Of a stretch of 64,000 bases of DNA, positions 1-13,900 are shown one piece after another (position 1 is the first letter of the stretch; every line of letters starts with the position of its first letter). The position numbers were made by a program, and so were the translations under genes. Where the stretch lies: positions 35,089 through 99,088 of the forward strand of contig JAUCBJ010008759.1 in assembly GCA_032718475.1 (NCBI GenBank). The letters run 5' to 3'. Source of the stretch: Nemertoderma westbladi. Its lineage: Eukaryota > Animalia > Xenacoelomorpha. The notes under the pieces were generated by a model that did not search any database, had not been told where the DNA came from, and was given only the letters and a program-made list of their open reading frames with translations.

Positions 1-312
1 AATAAATGATGATACATTTGTCCTTCCGTGTATATTTAGTATTCCATGGATACACCCATATATTCCATATGGTATAATAGGGGGAAACACACACCATAAA
101 TATATATCCCACTCAGAGTAAAAATAAATGAAATAATTCGTGCAATAACATTTAATCATTACTAAGCTCATTCAATCCCAATCTATATATTTCTGGAAAT
201 ATTACCAATAGAAAAGTTACATATATTGGAAACATCAAAATTAATGTGGGAAATAAAAAACTCAAAAAAAACAATCTTTTATCATGTCATTTTTCTCTCT
301 CCCCTCTACTAT

Positions 313-1346
313 ACACGTTCGTGGGCCTTCGCGCAGGACGAGGGTAAGTTATTAGATACAGATTGAAATTGAGCAATTTTATCCCAAAATCGGTACTTAA
401 GAAATTTGAATAAATAATTAAGAAAATTTAACCAAACTTTTAATTTAAAAAAAACTTTCGCATTGGCAACTGGGCATCGATGTCATAGAAGTCCACAGTT
501 AAACTACTCAAAAATTTCAATGTATTCTTCAGTCCTCGGGTCTCGCTCATCGGTTAGTCCAGTTTGCCCATAGCGCAGTAGCGATACCAAAAGTCGAGGT
601 CGCCAACGACACTGCGACATACAGAGGCGGTGGCCTTGATGGCCAGTTGTTTTAGTACCGGTACCATTCCAAAACGTTGCTGGGTATTATCAGTCAGTAA
701 TGTAAGTCCGCCTAATTTCAAAACTTCCATGGCTGCATGGTTGCCGTTGCCGAGCATTATTGGCGGATGGCGCCAACGACCTGAAGACGGTACCGGTAAC
801 TCTGTACCACTGTAACAGACACAGTACCGTACTATAAAACAGATGTTTAATAAGATTAAAGTACCATACCGTACCGGTACATGATATGGCTGAATAGTCG
901 CGATATCACAATTCAGACATCACTCTGACAATTGCTGGACTCCACGGTGAAATAGGCCTACCACACTTCCCAAGGCCACATTATTGCTGCATTGTACCGG
1001 TATTGAGGAATTTCAAACGCACTTGATATATCCTGCAGTCTCCTAGCAACCAGCTGATGCCAAGCCTAGTAATTTTTGGATAGATAAATTTATTATAACT
1101 GCAAGACAGTTACACAGATGCTGCGCGAAGGCCCCACGCAAATTCATCTTGGAAAATTTCTAAACTTTTTCTAGACTACATATGTACCAAGTTTGGATAT
1201 ATTTTATCGAGATTTGGCTGAGTTATTAAAATTGGACACAACAGATCAACAGAGCAACAGAACAACAGATCAACAGAGCAACAGACACACCGATTGAATT
1301 AGTGGTGCCTGTATGCTAAGCTCGCTTACTTTCGTCGCTCGCCCCA
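313..1346 (+). mobile_element. Putative non-autonomous Helentron/DINE-1-like interspersed element
   Basis: Motif GTGGGCCTTCGCGCAG at ~321 with an inverted copy at ~1121, an ACAG-rich short repeat at 1238-1288 and a 3' CTCGCT..CGCTCG motif; the same motifs recur at 6240-6566. Confidence 0.45.
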
Positions 1347-2074
1347 TATAACTACACTACAAGATCCGCCACATCAATGAACTATTACATACCACGTACA
1401 AGACTGGCTCTAACACAAAGATCACTCAAATATCACGGTACTTTGATATGGAATTCACTTCACCTGAAAATAAAAGAAAGTACAACTAAGAAAGCACTTA
1501 CCCAAAATCTTAAAAAGTCATTGCTAAACGATCTAACTTGAAATAAAAAAAAACTTAAAATAAATAAGTCCTAGAGTAGTATTAGGCCCAATCATCTATT
1601 AAACTCATTAAACAAATTTGTATCTATTTATAAATCGTATCACATCGCATTAACTGAATATTTCAAATTTTTTTTAAAATCTCAAAATGTAATTTAAATC
1701 TATCAAAATCAACAGGCTGTACGAATTAAATTGATTGAAATGTAATATTTACAACAAAACGCTCGCCACGGCAACAGGGATCTATACTAGCTTTGCTACT
1801 GTTTCCTGTTTCTCATAAATACTACAATACTGTAAACAAATATTGGAGCTCCAAACCTAGCAACGATCCATATAATCTAAATAACAATAAAACCCCAATT
1901 ACGCAGTGTACCTAAACTGGTGATGGGTTTATAATACTGAGAGTGTGTATTAATAACGAAACAAATAAATGAACCATTACGGGTTCCTTTGATTGATTGA
2001 TATTCAATTTTATTACTTCTTTCTAGTCAATAATATATAATATTATATAATTATGTATAACAATGCAATGCCAG

Positions 2075-2300
2075 CCACGATTGAACCTGGTATTCCATAA
2101 GCTCAAAGGATTTTTAGCGTTTTACCTCTATGCCTATGGATGGAGTCGAATATTTTATTGAAGACCACTAAGGTCAGAATTGCAGTAGGCCTAGTATCTG
2201 AACTATTATTGATCCATTTTGGTTTAAATCCATTTTGGCTCTTACACGGATTACTCTCTGTCAGACTCCCCAGCAGACCATAGGCAAACATTAGCCATTA
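2075..2300 (-). mobile_element. Degenerate RTE-like LINE reverse transcriptase fragment
   Basis: Translation VFNKIFDSIHRHRGKTLKIL*AYGIP resembles the DFxKAFDS...YGIP motif of the LINE at 43-45 kb. Confidence 0.65.
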
Positions 2301-2875
2301 GCCTACAGTACTTAGTGTTTCTAATTTGTTACACGCCAGATGAAACCCTCTCAAACTCCTGAATGGAATGAAAGCGAGTACCATCTATTGGATTACTTAA
2401 TGCGAATAGCTGGTTAGCTGTATGATTTTTTAGTTATTGTGTACTGCTGACTGTAGGAGTTGACTGCTCTAAAAAAGTTGAAATATGTGGCTCTAATAGA
2501 TTCGAATCATGAAGTGAAATTTAATTCTGATATAATTTTGCTTTAGATTTCCTTTTATAACAACGGGAAATCTGTCGGCCTAAATAATTCGAAAATAGTG
2601 TAGAAAAAGAATGACATTGGAAATTTAAGACAATAGAAAGTATGACGGAAATACATTTGTTTGCTAACTAACTTTGTACAACTTTATTCGAAGGAGAGAG
2701 AGGGGGGGGGGGGGGGGGGGGGGGGGGTTCTTATTCAAAGAAATACGGTAATTTAATTTGACGCGACTTACGACTTGCTTAATGGCGTCTTGACGCCGTC
2801 TCTATTTGAATCATGTTATCTCCATCCACCAACCCCACTAATCCCAAGCAAAGTGCAGGATTAAAATTTCCTAGC

Positions 2876-3630
2876 TAGTTCGATTTGGGGCATACAATAA
2901 CATACAGCCAAAAAAGGCCATATACACTCACATTCAACCATTAACGATCACATACACTCAAATATTTATTGCGATTTCGATCATAGAGTATATTGATTAT
3001 TGATATATCTTTTCGCTTTCCCTATTTGTTTATCCCTAATATTGCTATACTGCCGTACACTGTACAGCTGTAGTAGCCTACCGGTTCTGTTTCGTTACAA
3101 ATTATATAATATCAGGATTAGGCTACGGGTCAGAATGTGGGATCCTACTATCTATTACTGCCGGTGTATCATACCCGCCGTAGTCAGGAACCGCGCCGTT
3201 GTCAGGAACCGCGCCGTTGTCAGGAACCGCGCCGTTGTCAGGAACCTCGCCATTGTCAGACTGTTAGAATATTTGTCAACGGCTCGCTTTTGTTGCTGTG
3301 ATTGTTTTCTCCCAATTCTAAATTCCTTGTGATGTCCGCGAATGTGTGGCCATATCTGGCTGCATATAAATAGTTAGCACAGAATTCAGCATCATGGGAT
3401 GGGTGGCCCTTGTTTCTAATTCTGATATTATTAACAATCAATATAATATGATCGAAATCTCAATAAATAATTAAAATTATAATTTATTTATGTATTTATT
3501 ATGTTATTTATTTATTATATAATTTATGATTGTATTGGAGTGTTTGTGATCGTCTGTGGTTGCGTGAGTGCACCCTATATATGCATTTTTGACAGTATGT
3601 GACTGTATGTATTTGCCTCAAATCGAATTA
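2876..3630. mobile_element. Degenerate inverted-repeat element (MITE-like) containing an 18-bp tandem repeat
   Basis: 2876-3000 is approximately the reverse complement of 3440-3630; CAGGAACCGCGCCGTTGT x4 at ~3185-3257. Confidence 0.55.
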
Positions 3631-4639
3631 GCCAAATGTCCTTAGCATAAGCCAAAGATAAATAGGAAATGTAATGTATAGAATATTCATTCCGGATACT
3701 TTAGATACTTTTTGAATTTTGTGTACAATGTGATATTTTCCAGTTAAGGATTTACAATTATTTATCTTTTTACTTATAGCTCTTTACATTAATCAAACAG
3801 CCACGTATTGACTCAAGTTTGAGGCAAGAAAGCAGCTGCAGAGTTCAGATATTATATGATCTTTAAATTCAAATAAATTTCCATGTCCAATCCATATTAT
3901 TCATCAACAATTACATAAAATTTGATGTAAACTAATATATTATAATTATTACAAAATAATAATCAATAAACGGCTACTATTAAATTATTAGAGCGCTAAA
4001 TAGTGCTGAATTGACTATTACATATACATAGGACGATAAATGTATTTTTTTACAGTATCACATAACATATCACGACAAAAATCAAAATATTATTTGCTTA
4101 TAATAAAATTCATTAATTATATTAGTGCAGTGGAGTGAAATAATTTTGACAAATGTGCCAAAAGTCTTTTATTGTGTATGTCTATGTAGCTGACAAAAAT
4201 CCCATGCTCTAAAAAATATTTGTAGCAAAACATACATTTAAAGCTGAAAATTCTAAAGAAATTGAAATAATCTTAGGAGAGAATAAGGATAATATTCGAT
4301 ATAGTGATATTCCAGAATAATTTAATTAATTTTGCGATAAGCTGTGATTCAATGGGAATAGAATAAATTTTACACTGACCTGCCTGACATTGCTATATCT
4401 CGGTAAACAGATTTACCATACAACTTTTAAATATACAAAAATTGCCCCTATTATTAAACTGATGCAAAAAAAACAACAATTGCACTGCTAGGAAATTTAA
4501 TAATTTAAACGAATTTTAGATGTAATTTTTCACCTAATGGGGGATAAATGATAATAGGGTAAATAAACAATATTAATTGTGATTGTTGTATTCTATTCAA
4601 TAAATACACAATATTCTGGAACAATTTGTTTATGTATGA

Positions 4640-5140
4640 TTATTTTTTTATTTTTTAACACACAGTTTCTATTTATAAATCAACATTAATTACGTATTTA
4701 ATATTTTGAGAGTTTCTAATTTGCATATATATTATTATTTAGATACCGGAACTGGCTGAAAGAGATATAAAACGTGTTTCAGCGATTGCTTTGGTGGCTT
4801 TACCAGCAGCCTTTCTGTGGCTCCTTGAACCACGTAGATACATCACGGACGATCTCAGAAGGGCAAAACACATCTTTACTCGTAGGAGCGCTACCATTAT
4901 GGAGTAAGGGGTATCACGTTTTGCAGACAGAAGCAAGGACATGCGATTTATGAGCGCATTGGCCGATCTACTTAGACCTCCACTTGCTGCAGCTACAAAA
5001 GGGCAGAAGCCTGCATGTTCAACCAAATTGATTCGCTCCTCGTACTTCCGTCTCTTTGCATTCTCGTGCATATTGTATGCAGCATCAATTGACCTTGGGT
5101 TGGAGTCGCAATGAGGATTGAAGACCTTCACGTCTACGTC
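4640..5140 (-). mobile_element. 5'-truncated CRE-clade non-LTR retrotransposon (REL endonuclease C-terminus, 3' UTR, A-rich tail)
   Basis: ORF 4739-5131 DVKVFNP...KRRKYEERI...F.PFV..ASGG...LLRS..M.LRGSR is homologous to the C-terminus of the element at 14.8-17.3 kb; T-rich tail on the plus strand at ~4641-4656. Confidence 0.8.
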
Positions 5141-6237
5141 TACGTGATTGTTGTATTGATTTTATGTGAAATTTATGTATGTATTTTATATAATATTTTA
5201 AAAACAACAATAGTTGTTTAAATATATTAACTGAAGAGGTAAACACTAAGAGTCTGAAACCCCACAAACTACAAAAAACATAGAATCATAATGCATAATA
5301 TGCATTACTATGGCATGCTGCCATAATAATTGATGGTTTAATGAAAATGAGAAATGGAAATGAAAATTTAATACTATTTATAACAAACCTAAAAAATTAG
5401 CATAAATTAACAGCGCCACCTAGCGGTGCAGAATTATTTTCATAAAATTTCGCCTGATAGTTATGTTGCCCCATCTTTGATCTATCATATAAAAAACTTT
5501 CATGTGATTAGATTCAAAACTGTAAAAGCCTTAGGGTTTTAAGCGCAACCAAATGTTTTTTATTCTTAACTAATAATAAATGGCGAAAGAAAATTATTTC
5601 TGACCTTTCATGTAGAATAGCATATTATATAATATATTCCAAATTATAGCCAAAACCAAACAATTTTGAAACACTGAGAGTGATAAATCTAAGAGTTGTC
5701 CGAAAATGGTGTACCCCCCCCCCCCCCCCCCCCCTTAATTCAATCAACAAAAAATACAAACGAAACAAACAAAACAAACATAAACATAAACATATTAACA
5801 TTCTCAACACACAGTCTATGTATCGCAACCCTAACCTAAACCTAACAGCCATAGTTTTCCGAAGTCCTTAGGGCTGATTCGATGTTTTTTTGTAGTCCAG
5901 TGCTAACCCCCCTTGCTAAGACTCTTGTGTTAACCTTTTATAACAAGCAGGCCCTCATTAGTAGTCAGTAGGCCTATGTCGTTAACTTTAATTACAATAG
6001 TTTATGATATAATCAGTCTGGTTTTTCAAGGTTTAATAAGGTTTTTTGATGTCCGCAAATCTGATTAATTTGCTAATTAATTAGTTAACTTAAATTGCCT
6101 CATTTGTTGAGAATTTTTGTTAATAAGTTTCCTATATTGCACCAGTCAAATGATAAAAACTGATTAAAAGGTCTTCTTTAAACTAAATTGGTAGAAGTGT
6201 ACAGTTCAGTAACTGCATTCGATAGTCAATTGACTAC

Positions 6238-6568
6238 CCGCTTGTGGGGCCTTCGCGCAGCACGAAGTGAGCAAAGCCTTTAGCATATGGGCACCATTAA
6301 CGAGTTGTCTGCCGTTATTCAGAAGTCTTCAACACAATACTCGTCATCCTCCTGTGCCTCGTTGCGTTCGTTCGTTTTTGACCAAACTTCAGATTCTTTC
6401 TAAACTTTTAACGGAATACATACGTACCAAGTTTCGTTTAATTTCATGAAGGAATAACCGAGTTATTAGCGATCAAACATTTACGACGACGACGACAGAC
6501 GACGACGACAACTCGCCAATGGCACCCATATGCAAAGGCTTCGCTCACTTCGTGGCTCGCTCCACAGT
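6238..6568 (+). mobile_element. Short copy of the Helentron/DINE-1-like family
   Basis: Shares GTGGGGCCTTCGCGCAG, TACCAAGTTT, GAGTTATTA and the terminal CGCTCACTTCGTGGCTCGC motifs with 313-1346; contains a (GAC)n tract. Confidence 0.45.
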
Positions 6569-7529
6569 AATGTTTTAATCAATATTGTGAAAATCTCACT
6601 TGTTGATATGTAAAATCCATTTGCCATGGAAAGAAATATAAAATTATTGAATATATGGCCAGGTTTTTAAGAGCATAGGATTTTTGTTATTTATATTATA
6701 ATTTATAATACCAAAGGTGCTTTAAATAAGTTTCGCAAGTTGTTCACTTTTGTTACAATTTCGCCTTTTTATGTGGCTAAATAACTTCACTATAGTTCCT
6801 TCTTACAAATTAGTTAGCCAATAGCCATTATCACATATATTTACCTAAATAGTAATTAATAATACTGACTTATTTTTATAAACATTTGCAAAAATAAATC
6901 TTTGTTAAATTTTTTAAAATTTCACCCTTTCTATTTACAAATATTGTTCACGAATAATAGACTATGTAAGTTGAAAACGGAAATTGCCACAGGAAAATAA
7001 TAAAGAAAAAACACATGATTAAATATTTAACTATTTCTAATGACTGAAGTACCACAGTCTTTGTTGTTTAAATTTATATAACATATGAAAATAAACATTT
7101 TGAAAATAAAAACATCAGAATCATGGTGCGGTGCTGTATTTTATAAAAAATAATATTTTTAATTTTTTATGGCATTAATTTTGTTAGCTACTTTATTTCA
7201 TTTAATTTCATAAATAATTCAAGCATTAAAGACCTATTATCAGTAATAATTGATCTCGAAAAGTCCAATTTCTTCACATCTACAATAAGAATTACCGGTA
7301 TAATGATCTTCTATAGTGAATACCAATAACACCTTGTGTACATACTGTAGGCCTACAGGATGTATGTAAAACAACATATTACAGTAATATATATCATTGG
7401 AGTACTGTATTTCTATAAGGAAAATATTCGCGGAAAATATTAATTATATTGCGATTTTTCCCTAAAATAAAATTTTATGCTTCAAAAAAATCTTTAACCT
7501 GATGATTTTTTTTTTTTTAAAATAAGTGT

Positions 7530-9007
7530 TGTAAAAGCTTTTGCGGACATAACAAGTCATTTTTACGCAATGCGCAGATTGCGCAATTGCCCTTTCATCC
7601 GAGATCTGGAGAGCGTAGACGAAACAGTTACCCTGCGCTACATCAGAGCTTGGGAAGCTAACGCGGATCTCCATTGCGAATCACGTCACCGATACTATCC
7701 AGGACGTGCATATGAAGGAGTCTATGCGTTTCACCCATACCTCTTTGCATCCGTCGAACAAAATTCTCGCATTCCCAGTTACGAACTGATGAAGCGTGTT
7801 GGCGAGAATATTTCGACTAAATATGTTCGCAAGTATCTTAGGAATATTATTCCCAATAACCTGAATTCCTTTAACTTCATCAACTTCATCCGTCAAGATC
7901 AGGAATACGGCGACTTGTTCATAAACTCGCATCCTGAATTACAAGAAATTCATGAACGACCATATGAATATAAAGCCAGAGAACGCGAATTAGAGAGAAC
8001 AATCAAACCGCGGAAATTTCTCACTACACATGGTCAACCTACCGCTGTCGTACAAACGACCCATCAAGGACCGGTAAGAGCTGCCATCCTGAAACAAGCT
8101 CTAAAGGTTGTTCGCCCTCGTTCCACCGATATTGATATCGATCAACCGGGTACTTCGACCGGTGGATACACCGGTCGATCAGAGCAATCAGAGCAATCTT
8201 CCCAGTTATGCCAGCAGAGACCCACCTGAGAAAGCTAGCGCATGCGCATTTAGTTGTCGTTTTTCTGAGAATTAGAGCCCTCTCAGAATTCTGTACTAAG
8301 TACGGTCGTTTCAGACTTTGGCCCAAGAACATCTGATGACACTGTTTTACTGCTGTTTTATATTGTGTTCATTGTTGTTTATATTAATGGATGTTATATT
8401 TGGAGAATACCGATAAATAATCGTAAACCCCTCAATCTTCTTGATTACTGAGGTAAGCGGAGAAAGAGTTTACCGGTAGCAACTGCGACTTAAATTATAG
8501 TGGCTTTTGTGTGAATTAAATGCTATTTCATAATCCCTACATGTGTCAGTTGCAATCCTCCTTATATATGATCAAATTCAGTGACGGTCGGCAAATTAGT
8601 GTGAAGTAGTGTAAAGTAGTGTGAAGTCGTGTGAAGGTTAATAAAGCATCTCCTAAAGAATGCGCTATTTACGAAACTCTGTGGCCATCTAATTGTGATT
8701 AGTGTAAGTCATAACTCTGTTTTTATACTTAAAGCACCACGTCCTTAAGGAACTGTTAATATTTCCCCGAAAGTAAATATAGTTGTCAGAGATTATATAG
8801 TAGCGATCAATCGAATAATACAAAGTAGCTTACACCGCAATACTTCCTAAGGAACCCGAATCCAGTGGGTCATACGCCGCGCACGGACTGGCTTCGGCAG
8901 ATGTAAATTCAGTAAACCAGGTAATTGGTACGGGCAAAGTCGATTCATAATCAAAAGGACAATTAAAATTGGCAGGTTAAACTGCTAAAGGTCTGAAAGC
9001 GCGAACA
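7530..9007 (+). repeat. 5' LTR (shortened or rearranged) of the BEL element
   Basis: 7586-9007 nearly identical to 23067-24600 apart from a ~90-bp and a ~12-bp indel; TATA-like motif ~8564, AATAAA ~8640, ends in ACA. Confidence 0.88.
7586..8229 (+). pseudogene. C-terminal half of the LTR-encoded ORF (5' LTR copy)
   Basis: About 213 aa nearly identical to the C-terminal part of ORF 22523-23710; the upstream half is absent. Confidence 0.75.
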
Positions 9008-9187
9008 TTAATGGATTTTTTTCTTTATTGCGCAGTAGGCAATAAATATATTTTGTCTAATGTTCTGGTGAGAACTTTAATAGATTTTGTTCTTTATTGT
9101 GCAGTGGGCAATAAATATATTTTGTCTAATGTTCTGGTGAGAACATTAATAGTTTTTAGATTCTTTATTGCTCAGTAGGCAATAAAA
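9008..9187 (+). repeat. About 2.6 tandem copies of a ~68-bp two-hairpin unit directly after the 5' LTR
   Basis: TTTATTGC-N7-GCAATAAA x3 and TAATGTTCT-GGTG-AGAAC(A/T)TTA x2. Confidence 0.85.
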
Positions 9188-10917
9188 TCGAACGTACCGG
9201 TCGGACGGTAAACTGTAGTAGGCCTAGTAACCCAAACCAGTACTTACCCAGTATTATTTCGATTGTGAAATAGTGTATATTGTAGGCTGTTAGGGGATTA
9301 GGGATTGATAACCCCTTATTCCTTTGTATGGTTTACTTATTCCTGTCAGTTTTATTTATCAGTAAGTGTAATATTGAGCAGAAGGCCTGTAAGCCTGCTC
9401 GGATTGTATAAATAATTTGTAGGCCGGATTGTTGTCTAACTGTTGTTAGGTCTGAGGAGATTGCAGTGTATGTAGAGTGTCTGTCCGTTAAAGTGCTAGT
9501 TAGGAAGGTGGAGGCATCCAGTGCTGTAAGGTAAACCCTCCACGAAAGAATAAGTTGTACTACATAGTTAGAACGCTTACTAACTAACCATTTCGGAGAT
9601 TGCATATACTGTGGTTTATTTAGGCTTGACAGTAGTCTGCCAGCATTTGGTCTGTGTTTTATTTGAATAGTCTGTATGGGTAGCGTAATATTTATTATTC
9701 AGAGTTTATTCAAGTATTTGCAATCTACAACTCCCCAAGTAATATGCTAACAGTAATTATGTAATAAGGCTTGGTATGCATACCGTTATAGTTAAATTAA
9801 CCCCGGTACTACTTCAGGGCTGCTTGTCGTAGGTAAAGACTGGTGATTTTGTGCTCCGGTCACTCCAGCAGATACCGTGGTTCTTTTGGCTGTTCACGTA
9901 TATCTAACTGCTAGTTATATGTTGTATAAGTACTTGTACCTAATTTAGGGTTTAGAGTACAGTGCTTTCCTGAAAGTAATTTAGTGTGTAGGCAGTATAT
10001 TTGTGTTGTAACGTGGTTAATAGGTCCATTAGCTCTGGTTGGCTTCGATAATTAACCTCTAGGTATAGGACACTCCGGGTACATAACGTAGTGCTTATAG
10101 TTTAAGACTATAAGCCGTCAGACGGTGGTATTTCCTTATCTGGACAACGCAACGTACTTAATACTACTTTATTGGTTTCAAATACTGTAATTTCCTGTCA
10201 GTTTGTAAGAACCAGAAATTCTAACTCCTTGTTAATCTGGTTTGTAAATTTCTTGTTAAATTACCCTAAAAATTGTACTTGTAACTTGTTAATTGTTAAT
10301 TTAGAGATTGTGTAATCTCAACCCGATATGTAAGTAATTTGTAGTGATAAGTAACTTAGTTAAGTAGAATTATCAGTATTAGTGTCTAACAAGTAGCACT
10401 CCACTGAGAGCGTTCAGCTTCTGTGTAGTGACTTCTCACACAGAAATAATAACATTTATTTCAAATATTGTCAAAACCCATTACGGGTATATATATATAT
10501 ATATTTATAAATCAACTCGATCAGATTTATAAAATAGTAGGCCTGTTATACATCAATTAGGTCTTAATATCAGTTGAACTACTGCTTAATATCAGTAATA
10601 AAGTAAAGGGAAGTAATTACTAAAATTTGGAAAATCAGTTATTATTAAATAATTGACATTACCGGTATTTACTGTATGCTTATTATATTTATATAAATTA
10701 GGCTAAACTTATATACCGGTATTCTGTGACTGATCCTAGTCTGTAATAATACTGATATATATACTATAGGTGTATACCGGTATTCTAATATTAAACATAT
10801 ACCACATTACATTGCGTAGCGATATCGGTAACTACTAGACTGACAGTTGATACTGATTTCCCCTAGACTTGCTTTAACTGTCATTATAGTAGTAGGCATT
10901 CAACTGTAAAATAAATT

Positions 10918-13900
10918 ATGTCTGACACAAAACAAACACTGTCAGATAGTCTCTTGGAGAGAACGATCTGTGACCCAGATCAAAGTATAGAACATCCCAG
11001 ACTGAAGTCTAAGTCCCCTGTAAGAAAGATTATCCCTGCAGTAATGGTATCAGACCCTAGGCTAGTAAAGCACCATAGGTCTATTATAGGTATTAGGGCT
11101 CAAGTTAAGCGAGACCAGGAGATGGCTGCTAAACAACAACAACACCCGAACCGAGAACTTATTTCTCAACTGCGGAGTAACTCTAGTTCCGACACCGAAG
11201 GAAGAGTTAACTCCTGAGATCGGAACAAGGATGGAAGAAGCAGTTTATCCAGACCCACTTCTAATTTTTGCTGGAGCAGTACTCACTAGAGTACTTATAG
11301 CTATAGATGAACATCAAGCGGATTGGATGAGAAATAAGAGATCGACCAGGGACAGTTATGCAGGATACCCGATGGAAGAACTAAGGTCTATTGTAGAGAC
11401 ACAATGGAACTTCCCCGGACCCGGACTCCCGTTTAACTTATCGGAAGCTGCCTGGGAGGACTTATACCAAATGGGGGTAGTGAGGGACACCCAAGATCCC
11501 ACTGTATGGAAGAGGTCAGCAGCAGGATATGTCCAGGGATTCTTCAACTCCTTGGAAAGAATAGAAATTCAATTATTTCAACAACCTCAGGGACCTCAAG
11601 AGCAGGGAGAGCTGCTTTACCAAGTGAGAGAACGTATCTTGAGGATCAGATTAATCCTTTCAGCCTTTGAAGAGGCCTCGAAGAGAAGTCAAGACACGTT
11701 GTTGCAAGTGGCTGTAAAGAATGTGGAAGGCAAGGCGGTATCCGAAAAACCTCATAAGAAGGATGCCATTGACATCTATCTGTCGGATTATTAACGATTT
11801 ATAGGTGACAAAGAGCTAAGGAGACGCCTGGCTGGACTTCATCCCAATAGTGAAGGAGCCAAATTCGTGCTGGACTCTTTAGATGCGGAGATATTAGCTG
11901 CGGAGCAGGTTAAATTTGATGAAAGCATTCTCATCACAATGAACCAAGAAGAACAAATAAAGAAAAGGCAAATAGAAGACCGAAAGTTAGCAGCGGTAGC
12001 GGCAGCGGCAGAGACTGAAAGAAAAGAGGCAGCAGCAGCGGCAGAGGCTGAAAGAAAAGCAGCAGCGGCAGAGGCTTAAAGAAAAGCGGCAGCAGCAGCG
12101 GCAGTGGCAGAAGCAGAACGGAGGGCATCTGAAGCGACAGCCCAACTAGAGTTGGAGAACCTTCAGGCGAAACAAGCTACTCAGATACAACTACTGAGTC
12201 GATTTACTCCCAGAAGACAGGGATTTACCTCCTCGGATGAAGGTGATACAACTGATCCCGAGGGTAAAAGTAATAATTCTCGTTCAAATGGATGTAGAAG
12301 AGCGCCCCATCGGCATAAGTTACCTGATTTACCCCCTGCGGTGAGAAGGGAGCTAGCTAATGTAGATTTAAGTAATCGAGAGCCAACAGCCCAAATTATA
12401 AGAGTAGAAAGACTCCCTACTATAGTAGATGAGCCAGAAATAATTAGGCCTGTTAACGAAGCCACTCCTTTGATAGAGACCCCTTTACTTCCAGAACCTA
12501 ACTCGAAATTACCTTTACACAGTACCAAACTACCTGTACCCAGTAGACAACTGCCAGAATCTTAGACAGTCATGGACGCTGAGCAAGAGATAATAAACGC
12601 AATGTCTCCCATCGTCCCAATGTGCCATCCAGCTACGACGTTGGCGAATACTCTCGCTTCCGCGGTAGAGTGGATGGACGAGGGACGACGGGGGATGGAG
12701 CAGTTGCTCGGACAACTTGAAGACAACAAAATCCAGTCTTCCAAACAAGTCCGAGAATTGGAAGGGACTGTTCAGCTGTTAAAGGGACCAGTAAGAGAGA
12801 GTAGGTTAGAGCTGCAAAAAGTACAGAAAAATATCGCTCTCGAGCGCAATAAATTAGTAAATATACAAATGGGTATACCACTACCCTCTGTAACAATGTG
12901 CCAGCCCATTAAATCTGAAGTATTTCATGCGCAAGGTGTGGAGCCTACATGCATCTATACTGCTAGCGAAGAAGAAACTCCGATAGTAAACCCTATTAAG
13001 GGTATCAATAAGCCTGTTGATAATGATATCTCATACCGATCTGATAATAATCTGAGAAATTTATATACCGATAATTCGATATTAAATAATACGATGGCTC
13101 AAGAAAGTTTTACATGACAGATGGCTAGAACGGAAGCTCGTCAAGCGGTAAAAGTGGGAGAAGTCGTCAAGTTCAATGGAGATGAGATGAAATGGTTACA
13201 TTTTAATGAATATTACAAAGATAACATACAGAACTCCGTACTATCCAACGGAGAGAAACTACGATTCCTCATCGAGTGCTTGGAAGGACCTCCCAAGTTA
13301 ATGGCGTTAAAGTTTATTGGACATCCAGACGGATTGAGACAAGTTTGGGATACTCTAAACATCAGGTATGGTAATAGGACTAACATAGCTAGATATTTGT
13401 ATGCGAAATTAGTAGCGCCCCGAAAGTTTCTTAGCAGCGGGATTATAGAGTTTTCCGATGAGATTCAGGAGATCTGTAGACAGCTAGACTGGTTGGGTAA
13501 GTCTCAGGAATACCAGAGTTCTATGGTTGTAGGAGCCGTAGCATCAACTTTGCCCAAGGGTGGAGTAGGTACTCGCTGGGACAAAAAGGTTCTCTATCTG
13601 ATAGACCAACAACATAGAGACCCTACCATGGCTGATCTCATGTCGTTCTTAAATGGAGAGGTAAGATTACAGCTCCTAAAACAGTCTAGAGAAAAGACAC
13701 CGGAAAGTAAGGTAAGTGAAAAACCCATTACTAGGAGAAATGTAACACCAGTGTGTTATACAGATGAATACGAAAGCCAAACATCATATGACGAGAACAG
13801 TGGCAAGGACACCGATGGATCTTATTATGTAAACAAAGTTAGGAAAGATGTAAGTAAATCTAAGTCTCGAACCAGTGACAAGAGAGAACAGGTAACAACT

